Shown in pieces: positions 22,688 through 32,441 of a stretch of DNA of 64,000 bases. The notes under the pieces were generated by a model, which searched no databases, had not been told where the DNA came from, and worked only from the letters and a program-made list of their open reading frames with translations. The stretch comes from Prevotella sp. (GTDB taxonomy: Bacteria; Bacteroidota; Bacteroidia; Bacteroidales; Dysgonomonadaceae), in NCBI GenBank assembly GCA_031285625.1, contig JAITVV010000006.1, positions 1 to 64,000 on the forward strand, written 5' to 3'. The position numbers and the translations under genes are program-made. Numbering within the stretch: the stretch's first letter is position 1; each line of letters begins with the position of its first letter.

Positions 22688-24145
22688 ATGGAAACATTCA
22701 TTATTTATATAGCGAAATCGGGTATATGTCTGGGTGCATTTGTTATTATATATGCTCTATTTCTCCGTTCTACAACTTTTTACAGATTTAATAGGTTTTT
22801 CTTAATCGCAGGATTTATATTATCGCTTGTCGTTCCTGCTATTCGTTATTCTTATGAAGTATTAATCCCTTCTACCATTATTGATACAGAGCCGGTTACC
22901 GGTTCAAATGATATTGCAACAGCTGATACTTCGCTAAGTATATGGCCTATACTCTTTGTATTATATAGTTTAGGTATAGTTGTACTGGTGGTTCGTAATA
23001 TAATGTCATATAGGAAGTTGAATTCTTTGGTGAGAAACGGAGTCAAGTTTGATAATGAGAGATATAAATTGATAGAAAATGAAAATATTAAGTCTCCATT
23101 CACGGTATTAAACTATATATTATTGAATTCTCAGAATCTGAGCGAAACTGAAAAAGAACTTATTTTGAAACATGAGTTGACTCACATCAAACAGAAACAT
23201 TGGCTGGATTTGTTGTGCAGCGAGTGTATCTTAATATTACAATGGTTCAACCCATTAGCTTGGCTACACGTTCATTTATTAAAAGAGAACCATGAGTTTC
23301 TTGCAGATAAGGCTGTGATAGATTCAGGGGTGTCACCAGCTCTGTATCAGGCCGTTTTGATCAATCAGCGGTTTCAGGGACCGGTCTTTTCTTTTTCCAA
23401 TTCTTTTAATCATTCAAAACCTTTGAATCGGCTCAACATGATAAAAAGAGCTAAGAGTTCTCCATGGAAGCGTATTAGTGCTTTGCTTATTATTCCGGTT
23501 TTTGGCTTATTCATATGGGCTTCGGCAGTACCCCGGTATGTGTTGCTTATGGATGAGCCTGTTTCTCTATTGGAGCAGTCTGTAGATGGTAGAGGACTAA
23601 ATGATACAATAAAAAATAAGTCTCAGGTTTATGTAATTGGGGCAAAAGAAAATGTAAAAATCAAGTTGAATGATAATGCTGCAGATGCAGAGCGATTGCA
23701 GAGCCCATTATATATTGTTGATGGGAAAAGGTCAGCCAATGGTATTGAAAATATAAAACCTGACGACATCGAAAGTATGAGTGTTCTTAAGGATGAAATA
23801 AGCAAAGGGATTTATGGCGAAGGAGCCGAAAATGGTGTTGTCCTCATTACCACTAAGAAAAGTTCGGAGTTCTCACCTACTGGCTTATTGAGAGTTACTG
23901 ATTCATTAAATCAAAGAAATAATTCAGATCAAAGGAAAGGTCAGGTAACAATTCGTTCTACAAATAAAGATCTTAGTAATGTATTGCTTATTGTAGACGG
24001 CAAAATGGAGCCTGCGGAGAAAATAGAGACTCTTGATCCAAATACAATAGATGCTATTGAAGTGCTGAAGGATGAATCGGCGATTGCGATTTATGGTGAT
24101 TTAGGTAAGAATGGTGTTATAAAGGTGACAACAAAAAAGAAATAG
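22688..24145 (+). CDS. BlaR1/M56 peptidase-family sensor with two C-terminal TonB-receptor plug-like repeats
   Basis: TM helices, HELTH zinc motif, WFNP, HEFLAD; two copies of (L/Y)IVDG...I...VLKD...IYG...NGV..TTKK. Confidence 0.88.
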   Translation: METFIIYIAKSGICLGAFVIIYALFLRSTTFYRFNRFFLIAGFILSLVVPAIRYSYEVLIPSTIIDTEPVTGSNDIATADTSLSIWPILFVLYSLGIVVLVVRNIMSYRKLNSLVRNGVKFDNERYKLIENENIKSPFTVLNYILLNSQNLSETEKELILKHELTHIKQKHWLDLLCSECILILQWFNPLAWLHVHLLKENHEFLADKAVIDSGVSPALYQAVLINQRFQGPVFSFSNSFNHSKPLNRLNMIKRAKSSPWKRISALLIIPVFGLFIWASAVPRYVLLMDEPVSLLEQSVDGRGLNDTIKNKSQVYVIGAKENVKIKLNDNAADAERLQSPLYIVDGKRSANGIENIKPDDIESMSVLKDEISKGIYGEGAENGVVLITTKKSSEFSPTGLLRVTDSLNQRNNSDQRKGQVTIRSTNKDLSNVLLIVDGKMEPAEKIETLDPNTIDAIEVLKDESAIAIYGDLGKNGVIKVTTKKK

Positions 24146-24160
24146 ATTAACTATAAAAAT

Positions 24161-24194
24161 AAGAATCCTGCAATCTCAATGACTGCAGGATTCT
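24161..24194. terminator. Bidirectional terminator between convergent genes
   Basis: AGAATCCTGCA/TGCAGGATTCT stem. Confidence 0.75.
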
Positions 24195-24255
24195 ATTATT
24201 TGAATAACACGTTGAAAACTAAATTATTTACCGTAAGTTTAAAATAGTGTAATAA

Positions 24256-24603
24256 TTATTTTTCTGACCAGTCGTTCGTTTTATTATTCCATTTATAAAT
24301 AATAGGAGTTGCTGGTTGATTATCAGAATTATATGTGTATTCATATTTTTGAATTCCGGTCCACCCCTTGTCCCCTTTCCATTCATATGTCGCTTTTTCC
24401 TGCATATGTCCGGCTGCATTATAACGGTAGATTGTTTTTGTTAAAGGCGCGTTTGTATCCTTGTCACAAAATAAGAATTCTTTTACACAACCTGTTTCTG
24501 TAGTTTCAACATTACTAAACATAACTGTTTCTGGATCATTAGCATAAATACTTAATGATAAGAATAAAATAGCAAATAATGAAAATAATTTTCTTGAGTT
24601 CAT
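24256..24603 (-). CDS. Small secreted DUF3836-like protein (paralog D)
   Basis: Signal peptide; KTIYRYN, W...KGWTG.QKYEYTYNSD, YKWN...W; clearly similar to the 5602-7199 paralogs. Confidence 0.75.
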   Translation of the reverse strand: MNSRKLFSLFAILFLSLSIYANDPETVMFSNVETTETGCVKEFLFCDKDTNAPLTKTIYRYNAAGHMQEKATYEWKGDKGWTGIQKYEYTYNSDNQPATPIIYKWNNKTNDWSEK

Positions 24604-24652
24604 GGCTTTAATTATTTAGTACAACAAAGGTAATACAGTTTCTTGTTATATA

Positions 24653-24678
24653 AGACGGAAATATTGTCAAAATGTCAC
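24653..24678 (-). promoter_or_regulatory. ECF-sigma-type promoter (plus a TACCTTTG -7 box at 24625-24632)
   Basis: Minus strand GTGAC-N16-CGTCT, same geometry as the site at 7258-7283. Confidence 0.55.
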
Positions 24679-24994
24679 TATATTATAGTTAAATATGGTT
24701 AAATCTATTGTATTGACTACTATTTTACTTTTTATATTTGTATATAATCTATCAAAATGATATAATTCTTTCATTCTTCAATAAGAAAGAGTAGAAAAAG
24801 ATATTTGAGCGAGAAAAGAGTAATAAAAAGCTTTAAAAAGTTACCAAAAAATTAAAATATGAGAAAAACTATGATATATGACTCAAAAAACGATATCAAA
24901 GGCTTTTCTTCTCTTTTATATTTCAAAAAAAATGACGAAATTTGCGTGCCTTAAAATTGGGAATTTTAAACTATATATAAATCAATAGAAACAA

Positions 24995-26641
24995 ATGAAA
25001 AAAAGCGCATTACAAATTGCACGAGCTGCTTACAAACCTAAGATGCCTAAAGCATTGTATGGTTCAGTTAAGATTGAGGAAGGGGCAGCTACACAGTCTG
25101 TAGCAGATCAGGAAGAGGTGAAAAAGCTATTCCCTAATACTTATGGAATGCCTACACTTAAATTTGTAGAGACCTCTGAAAAAGTAAATCATCCTGCTAT
25201 TAATGTTGGTGTTATTCTATCAGGCGGACAAGCTCCGGGTGGACACAATGTTATAGCCGGAATTTTCGATGGTATCAAGAACCTCAATGTTAGCAGCCGT
25301 CTTTTTGGTTTCCTTATGGGACCTGGTGGTTTGGTTGATCATGATTATAAAGAACTGACAGCTGATATTATAGACGAATATCGTAATACGGGTGGTTTTG
25401 ATATAATCGGTTCTGGTCGTACAAAACTGGAAACAAAAGAGCAGTTTGATAAAGGACTCGAGATATTAAAGAAATTAGATATTAAAGCCTTAGTAATTAT
25501 CGGAGGCGATGACTCAAATACTAATGCTTGTGTGTTGGCAGAATATTACAAAGAGATAAATGCAGGCGTGCAGGTAATCGGCTGCCCTAAAACAATCGAT
25601 GGTGACCTGAAGAATGAAATGATAGAAACTTCTTTTGGTTTCGATACTGCATGTAAAGTCTATGCTGAGGTTATTGGTAATATACAGCGCGACTGTAATT
25701 CTGCCCGTAAATATTGGCATTTCATCAAATTGATGGGCCGTTCGGCTTCGCATATTGCTTTAGAATGTGCTTTACAAGTACAACCCAACATTTGTATTAT
25801 ATCTGAAGAAGTGGAGGCTAAAAAGTTGTCTCTTGACGATATAGTTACTGATATTGCTAATATTGTAGCAAAACGTGCTGAAGCTGGTAACAATTTTGGA
25901 ACTGTTCTTATTCCGGAAGGCCTTATTGAGTTTATTCCGGCAATGAAAGGACTTATTGCAGAACTGAATGACTTCTTGGCTCACCATCAACGTGAATTTA
26001 ATGCTGTGCCTAAGGATGACCAACTAGCATATATCCAAAAGAATTTATCAGGTGAAAATGCTCGAATATTTGCTAGTTTACCTTCCGGTGTAGCTCGTCA
26101 GTTGACATTAGATCGTGATCCACATGGAAATGTACAGGTCTCCCTTATCGAAACAGAAAAGCTGTTGGCTGAAATGGTTGGCAATAAACTTGCAGAAATG
26201 AAAGCTACCGGAAAATATAAAGGTAAGTTCGCAGCACAAGAACATTTCTTCGGATATGAAGGTCGTTGCGCTACTCCTTCAAATTATGATTCAGATTACT
26301 GTTATTCATTAGGATATACTGCATCTGCTCTTATAGCGGCAGGAAAAACAGGTTATATGTCATCTGTGCGCAATACTACTGCACCTGCGAGTGAATGGAT
26401 TGCTGGTGGTGTTCCGGTAACGATGATGATGAACATGGAACGTCGCCATGGCGAAATGAAACCTGTAATCCAAAAAGCTTTGGTATTATTGGATGGTGCT
26501 CCATTCAAATACCTTCAGGCCAATCGTGAAGCTTGGGCTATTGGTACAGAATTTGTTTATCCTGGTCCTATACAGTTTTTCGGGCCGACAGAGGTTTGTG
26601 ATCAACCTACAGTAACATTGAAACTGGAACAAGGAAGATAA
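24995..26641 (+). CDS. pfp: Pyrophosphate-dependent phosphofructokinase (long clade)
   Basis: SGGQAPGGHNV, GGDDSNT (Asp = PPi-specific), PKTIDGDL, KLMGRSASH, GYEGRC. Confidence 0.95.
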   Translation: MKKSALQIARAAYKPKMPKALYGSVKIEEGAATQSVADQEEVKKLFPNTYGMPTLKFVETSEKVNHPAINVGVILSGGQAPGGHNVIAGIFDGIKNLNVSSRLFGFLMGPGGLVDHDYKELTADIIDEYRNTGGFDIIGSGRTKLETKEQFDKGLEILKKLDIKALVIIGGDDSNTNACVLAEYYKEINAGVQVIGCPKTIDGDLKNEMIETSFGFDTACKVYAEVIGNIQRDCNSARKYWHFIKLMGRSASHIALECALQVQPNICIISEEVEAKKLSLDDIVTDIANIVAKRAEAGNNFGTVLIPEGLIEFIPAMKGLIAELNDFLAHHQREFNAVPKDDQLAYIQKNLSGENARIFASLPSGVARQLTLDRDPHGNVQVSLIETEKLLAEMVGNKLAEMKATGKYKGKFAAQEHFFGYEGRCATPSNYDSDYCYSLGYTASALIAAGKTGYMSSVRNTTAPASEWIAGGVPVTMMMNMERRHGEMKPVIQKALVLLDGAPFKYLQANREAWAIGTEFVYPGPIQFFGPTEVCDQPTVTLKLEQGR

Positions 26642-26660
26642 TTTTTTATAATATTGTGAG

Positions 26661-26690
26661 AGAGGCTATATATTTATATAGCCTCTTTTT
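26661..26690 (+). terminator. Intrinsic terminator
   Basis: AGAGGCTATAT/ATATAGCCTCT followed by a T-run. Confidence 0.8.
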
Positions 26691-26829
26691 ATTTGGTATT
26701 GAAAGCATTAGATTTGTTAATCCGTTTGCTGGAACAGGCTTTTCTAGGTTTTCTTATAAAAACATGGTGAAATCTTTTGTTTTTTAATAAAAATCTTATA
26801 CTTTTACACTGCTTTTGAAGCAAAAGGAT

Positions 26830-26900
26830 TGTCTCATGGTGTAATGGTAGCACTGCAGATTTTGGTTCTGCCTGTCAAAGTTCGAATCTTTGTGAGACAA
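26830..26900 (+). tRNA. tRNA-Gln (UUG), CCA not encoded
   Basis: Acceptor TGTCTCA/TGAGACA, D-arm GTGTAATGGTAGCAC, anticodon stem GCAGA/TCTGC with loop TTTTGGT, T-arm CAAAG-TTCGAAT-CTTTG. Confidence 0.95.
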
Positions 26901-26924
26901 CATTTAAAAAAAATAAAGAAATTT

Positions 26925-26950
26925 AAAAGTCACTAAGCCGGTGACTTTTT
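26925..26950 (+). terminator. Terminator after tRNA
   Basis: AAAAGTCAC/GTGACTTTT followed by a T-run. Confidence 0.75.
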
Positions 26951-27185
26951 CTTTTTATATGGGTAAATGAGCCGATGTCTAAGGATTATTATGTAAAAAT
27001 AAATCTGGTATTTGCTATTAATATATTTTGACTGTTAACCTTGGTTGGGTTATTTTCCCATTTAAATATTATGATAAGTTAAATATTCTTTTGTAATTTG
27101 CACCAATCTTATGTAAAAGGAATGTCGCACTCTGACGTAAGGAATAGAGCTATTGAAAAACTTGCAGAATAACTAATGAATAGTC

Positions 27186-27740
27186 ATGGATCTAAATAAT
27201 CTGAACTTTGATGATATATATTCCAAATATTATTCGAAGTTAGTTCGCTTCTCTAAAGAGTATGTTTTGACAAAAGCAGATGCTGAAAATATTGTTCAGG
27301 ATGTTTTTTTGTTCATATGGGAGAAGAGAGATTCATTAGATACGATACAAAATATAAACGCATTCTTATTTAGACTGGTAAAAAATAAATGTGTGGATTT
27401 CTTGAGGCGTAAAATAAATACCGAGGCCAAAAATAAGGAAATACAGGATGCACTCCTTAAAGAATACAATTTCAAACTATACTCTATCCAACAATTTGAT
27501 GATTCTTTACTTTCAGATGAAGAAATAGACCATATCATCTATAAAGCAATAGACACCTTACCTGAAAAATGTCGGGAGATATTTATTCTTTGCAAGATTG
27601 AAGGCTTGAAATATGAAGAAGTAGCAGAAAAAATGAATATTTCACCTAACACTGTGAAAAACCAAGTAGTTATTGCCCTCAAAAAAATGAAAAAAGAATT
27701 AAAAGATTTTATGCCGCTGCTGACTTTCTTAATTGTTTGA
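27186..27740 (+). CDS. ECF sigma-70 factor (PUL1)
   Basis: AENIVQDVF..IWE, LPEKCREIF...GLKYEEVAE.MNIS.NTVKNQ. Confidence 0.92.
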   Translation: MDLNNLNFDDIYSKYYSKLVRFSKEYVLTKADAENIVQDVFLFIWEKRDSLDTIQNINAFLFRLVKNKCVDFLRRKINTEAKNKEIQDALLKEYNFKLYSIQQFDDSLLSDEEIDHIIYKAIDTLPEKCREIFILCKIEGLKYEEVAEKMNISPNTVKNQVVIALKKMKKELKDFMPLLTFLIV

Positions 27741-27857
27741 TTATTAATATTTATGCTGTGTGAGACTTGCCATTTATTTTTCAAGAAGATATATTTTTTT
27801 AATTCTTTTAGTCCGAAAATTCTTTTCAAACGACCTATAAATATAAAATGAAATCTG

Positions 27858-28802
27858 ATGGATGAAAGATTAACAAATTATCTTTTAGGATTATTATCTG
27901 ATAAGGAAAAGGTGACTCTGTTTGAAGAAATGGAGAGCAATGAATCCTTGAAAGCTAAATATGCTGAGGCACAAAATCTCATGTCATTAGCACAAATGGT
28001 GGAAGAGCATGATGATGATAAATATACTGCTAATAAACTCAATGAATTTAAAAGAAAAACCCATACTTTACTAATTCGTAAAATAGCTTTCAGGGTATCA
28101 AAATATGCAGCAGCAATTCTTATTTTGATTGGTGTAGGCTTCATTTTCAATAAATATATTCTTGATGATAGATATATAGAATATACTTCTCCTGTGGGAA
28201 AACGCACTGAAATTACTTTATCTGATGGTACTACAGTACACTTGGCACCATCCTCAAAGATTAGAGTGCCTAAGAAATTTGAAGGAAAAGAACGTTTGGT
28301 AAAATTAGATGGAGAGGGGCTCTTTGATGTTACTAAAAATAAAGAGATGCCATTTATTGTGGAAACAGGCAAATATAATATTCAGGTTTTAGGAACAAAG
28401 TTTAATGTACGGGCATATTCGAAAGACTCCAATTTTGAAACTTTCCTTCTCGAAGGCTCTGTGAATGTGTATAATGATATTGAAAAAGTACAACTGCGGC
28501 CAAACGAAGGAGTTACTTTAGTTGATAATCGATTGATAAAGACTTCAGTGGATATTACCAATGTGAATTATATGCAAACAGGTGTATATACATTTGAGAA
28601 TAAGTCGTTAAGGGAGATATTAAGCAAGTTGGAAACTTGGTATGGTATCGAATTCAGAGTCAAAAATAAGAAACTTGAAAACTTTTCTTTATCGGGTAAG
28701 TTTATAGAAAATGATAAAATAGAACATATATTATTGGCTATTCAACAAATATACCCCTTCCGGTATAAGAAAATATCAGAAAATGTAATTGAAATATATT
28801 AA
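27858..28802 (+). CDS. FecR-family anti-sigma factor (PUL1)
   Basis: Single TM, LSDGT.VHL, VLGTKFNV, LLEGSV. Confidence 0.92.
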   Translation: MDERLTNYLLGLLSDKEKVTLFEEMESNESLKAKYAEAQNLMSLAQMVEEHDDDKYTANKLNEFKRKTHTLLIRKIAFRVSKYAAAILILIGVGFIFNKYILDDRYIEYTSPVGKRTEITLSDGTTVHLAPSSKIRVPKKFEGKERLVKLDGEGLFDVTKNKEMPFIVETGKYNIQVLGTKFNVRAYSKDSNFETFLLEGSVNVYNDIEKVQLRPNEGVTLVDNRLIKTSVDITNVNYMQTGVYTFENKSLREILSKLETWYGIEFRVKNKKLENFSLSGKFIENDKIEHILLAIQQIYPFRYKKISENVIEIY

Positions 28803-28879
28803 CCAAATTAACCTTATTAGTATTAACCTTTAAAACCTGATCTATGAAAATACACAGTGGATAATAACCGACTTATGAG

Positions 28880-28976
28880 AAAAAATCAGAGGAATGTTGC
28901 ACCACTCCTCTGACAATAAGGTGTATACCTTCTTTCTCTCTAACTTATTGATAAATCTAGTATTAACACCAAATTC
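28880..28976 (-). ncRNA. Putative DonS-like antisense sRNA (PUL1)
   Basis: Antisense TATTTTTG -7 box at 28982-28989; hairpin TCAGAGGA/TCCTCTGA (28886-28913) followed by a U-run on the minus strand. Confidence 0.5.
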
Positions 28977-28988
28977 ATTAGCAAAAAT

Positions 28989-31900
28989 ATGAAAAAATAT
29001 GTTTTGCAGCCTTATTTATTATTAAAAGATTTCAATTTTAGGTACTTACGACAGCTTATGAGATTGTCTTTATTCTTACCAATGGTAATGAGCCTGCAAT
29101 TATTTGCCGCTACTACCCATTCTCAAACATCAAAAGTACATATAGATAAAGGAGATATAAGCTTGGGTAAATTGATTAACGAGATCGAAGCCCAAACTAA
29201 TTATCTTTTTATTTATAGCAGGAATGATGTAGATCTTAATCAAAAAGTCAAAATAAATACTAATGAAAAACAAGTTAGTAAAATCCTTGACAATGTACTA
29301 AAGCCTATTAATATAGACTACATACTATCTAATAGCTACATATCTCTTAAAAAAATGAAAAAGCCTATTCCTGTTATCGAACAACAACAGTTGTTGAAAC
29401 AGGTAAAAGGGAAAATACTCGATAATTTGGGACAGCCTCTGATAGGAGTAGTAATTACACTTAAAGACACAAAAATCGGAACAGTGTCCGATGTAGACGG
29501 CAATTATATTATTGATGCCGATCCCGGGCAGACACTGGTTTTCTCATATGTTGGCTTTCAAACTATAGAGAAAGAGATTCCAACATCTCTAGTTCTTGAT
29601 ATTATTATGAATGAAGATGTAAAAGCTCTCGAAGAAGTAGTTGTTATTGGATATGGTACTACAAAGAAAGCATCCCTTACGGCATCCGTTGCTTCTATAA
29701 AGGGACAGGAAACCGCACTCAAACCAGTTGCCAATGTCAGCCAGAATCTGGTTGGCCGTATGCCGGGTCTTATTGCCCGTCAAGGTAATGGTGAAATCGG
29801 CTACGACAGTCCTGATATTTTTATTCGTGGTAAAGGAACGACAGGCAGCGCCGGGGCAATGGTAGTTATTGATGGGGTGCCCCGTGATAATTATGGACAG
29901 CTTGATCCTGCCAGTATAGAAACGATAACCATACTTAAAGATGCTGCAGCCGTTGCACCTTACGGAATTGGAGGAGCAAATGGGGTTATCCTGATAACTA
30001 CAAAAAAAGGTAAGACCGGAGCACCTACTGTTTCTTATAATGGATATATCGGCTTTCAAAATCCTACTCGTATGCCGGAAATGGTTAACTCTTATGAGTA
30101 TGCAACTTTACTGAATGAAGGAGCCCGAAATAGCGGACTTACAAACATGCCTTATTCAGATGAACAAGTGGCCATGTTTAAAAAAACGGTGGATGGAGCT
30201 GCTGATACCGACCGTGACCGTTATCCCAATAGCCGTGGTATAAGGGATATCATACGACGTAATACTGTATTAACTTATCATAACCTCGAAATATCAGGAG
30301 GATCAGACTTTGTTAACTATTATGTATCATTGGCTTATACTGCACAGGACGGAATGTTTAAAGGTACCGATATGAAACGTTATAATGTATCTAGCCGTTT
30401 GGATATGAAAGCTACAAAAACAACTGATATATCGTTATCATTAAGTGGATATGTTGCTGACCATAACTATCCGGGCGAAGGTGCAGGAAGTATTGCTTAT
30501 GCAGCCGTACGCCAACCGGCTACTGAGGCTATATGGTATTCCAACGGACTGTGGGGTAATTATCTTGGACGCTCTCCGGTGGCTTTGGGTAGCAACCTGA
30601 GCGGATATACGAAAGAAGAACGTACTCAGCTTTACACGACTCTTACGATAGAGCAAAAACTACCTTTCCTGGAAGGTTTAAGCATAAAAGGGTTAGTGAG
30701 TTATGATCCATATACTCTTTTTAAGAAAGAATGGAGAAAACCTAGGTTGTCTTATACTCCTGATTTTTCTACTACACCTTATACATTCAATGAAACATAT
30801 GAGGGTGATTATAGTCTTTATGAAAAAGATGAAAATAATAAAAGATTCACTTTTCAGGGATATATCAATTATCAACATCGTTTCAACGAATTACATGACG
30901 TGAGCTTTCTGGGAGTAGCCGAACGTAAAGAAAGAAAAAAACGATGGTTCGATGCCAAACGTACAGGTTTCCCTATCGATATAGACGAGATGGATCAGGG
31001 AAGTACTGAGGCTGGAAAAATAGCTAATAGTGGTTCATCAGAGCGGGACACCTCTGTGGGATTCTTATACAGGATCGGATATACATATAACAACAGGTAT
31101 ATGCTTGAAACTTCCGGCAGGTATGATGGACATTACTATTTTGCCCCTGGTAAAAGATGGGCATTCTTCCCTTCTGTTTCAGCCGGATGGAATATATCCG
31201 AAGAGAATTTTATGAAAAATACATTTCCGAATCTGGAAATGTTAAAACTGAGGACATCATATGGAGAATCCGGTAATTTAGCTGGTGAGCCTTTCCAATA
31301 TATGTCAGGTTACAAAACGTCTTCTAATTCTGCCTATTTTGGAAATCCAACTACCGGAGTATATGAAATGAAACAAAACAATCCGTTTATTACCTGGGAA
31401 AAAGCTAAAAAGTTTGATGTGGGTGTTGATGGAGTTTTATGGAGAGGAAAACTATCTTTCTCTGTAGATTATTTTTACGATAAACGTGACAATATGTTAG
31501 TCGATCCTTTTGTTACTGTTCCGTTAGAGTATGGTATTGAATTACCACAGGTAAATGGTGGAAAAATGAGTAACCAGGGGATAGAGATAATGCTTTCCAG
31601 TGCACATACATTTGCTAATGGTATGAGATTGGACTTATCTGGTAATTTTACCTATACACACAATAAATTGTTAGAAAATTTCGAGACAGCCAGTACGTAC
31701 AATAATCCAAACAGAAGACGTACAGGACGACCTTTTGAAACACAGTTCGGTTATGAGGCTTTAGGCTATTATACTACTGATGATTTCAATGCTGATGGTA
31801 GCTTAAAATCGGGTATTGCGTCTATTTCTGATGCTCCTGTACAACCAGGTGATATTAAATATGCCGATTTGAGTGGCCCGGACGGTGTACCTGATGGCAT

Positions 31901-32429
31901 TATCAATTCGTATGACGAAACAGTAATCGGACGACCCAAAAATACACCACAGATCATCTACGGATTTGCGCCAACTCTTTCTTGGAAAGGTTTTGATTTT
32001 AACATGCTCATACAGGGTGCTGCAATGAACAGCTTATATCTTGATGGTACGATGGCACATCCATTCGAAAGCCAGGGATCAGCTACCAAACTGCAATATA
32101 AAGATCATTGGACTCCTGAGAATGTAAATGCAAAATATCCACGTGTATATAATGCTCCTGTAGAACACAATAAGGTAGTATCATCTCATTGGATGCGTAA
32201 TGCAGCTTATCTGCGCTTGAGAAGTTTAGAGTTTGGATATACTTTGCCCCGATACATTACCGAAAAAGTGGCTATGCAAAGAGTTCGTTTCTACTTTGCC
32301 GGGCAGAATCTGTTTACATGGACTCCTTATATGAAAGAAAAGATTGATCCGGAAGCGGGTAACACTGATGGACGTTACTACTATCAGCAACAGGCGTTCT
32401 CTTTTGGTATAAACGTAACTTTTAAATAA
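28989..32429 (+). CDS. SusC-like TonB-dependent transporter with N-terminal STN signalling extension (PUL1)
   Basis: STN/CarboxypepD-like N-terminus, EVVVIGYG, ILKDAAA...YG..GANGVILITTKKG plug, C-terminal GINVTF. Confidence 0.95.
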   Translation: MKKYVLQPYLLLKDFNFRYLRQLMRLSLFLPMVMSLQLFAATTHSQTSKVHIDKGDISLGKLINEIEAQTNYLFIYSRNDVDLNQKVKINTNEKQVSKILDNVLKPINIDYILSNSYISLKKMKKPIPVIEQQQLLKQVKGKILDNLGQPLIGVVITLKDTKIGTVSDVDGNYIIDADPGQTLVFSYVGFQTIEKEIPTSLVLDIIMNEDVKALEEVVVIGYGTTKKASLTASVASIKGQETALKPVANVSQNLVGRMPGLIARQGNGEIGYDSPDIFIRGKGTTGSAGAMVVIDGVPRDNYGQLDPASIETITILKDAAAVAPYGIGGANGVILITTKKGKTGAPTVSYNGYIGFQNPTRMPEMVNSYEYATLLNEGARNSGLTNMPYSDEQVAMFKKTVDGAADTDRDRYPNSRGIRDIIRRNTVLTYHNLEISGGSDFVNYYVSLAYTAQDGMFKGTDMKRYNVSSRLDMKATKTTDISLSLSGYVADHNYPGEGAGSIAYAAVRQPATEAIWYSNGLWGNYLGRSPVALGSNLSGYTKEERTQLYTTLTIEQKLPFLEGLSIKGLVSYDPYTLFKKEWRKPRLSYTPDFSTTPYTFNETYEGDYSLYEKDENNKRFTFQGYINYQHRFNELHDVSFLGVAERKERKKRWFDAKRTGFPIDIDEMDQGSTEAGKIANSGSSERDTSVGFLYRIGYTYNNRYMLETSGRYDGHYYFAPGKRWAFFPSVSAGWNISEENFMKNTFPNLEMLKLRTSYGESGNLAGEPFQYMSGYKTSSNSAYFGNPTTGVYEMKQNNPFITWEKAKKFDVGVDGVLWRGKLSFSVDYFYDKRDNMLVDPFVTVPLEYGIELPQVNGGKMSNQGIEIMLSSAHTFANGMRLDLSGNFTYTHNKLLENFETASTYNNPNRRRTGRPFETQFGYEALGYYTTDDFNADGSLKSGIASISDAPVQPGDIKYADLSGPDGVPDGIINSYDETVIGRPKNTPQIIYGFAPTLSWKGFDFNMLIQGAAMNSLYLDGTMAHPFESQGSATKLQYKDHWTPENVNAKYPRVYNAPVEHNKVVSSHWMRNAAYLRLRSLEFGYTLPRYITEKVAMQRVRFYFAGQNLFTWTPYMKEKIDPEAGNTDGRYYYQQQAFSFGINVTFK

Positions 32430-32441
32430 TTATCGATAAGT

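Noticed and set aside
26925-26950. GTCAC/GTGAC hairpin resembling the GTRAC repeat
   Set aside because: Different arm sequence and short loop with a U-tail; explained as the tRNA terminator.
27760-27770. TGTGAGAC match to the tRNA 3' end as a possible att duplication
   Set aside because: Only 8 bp and no integrase nearby.
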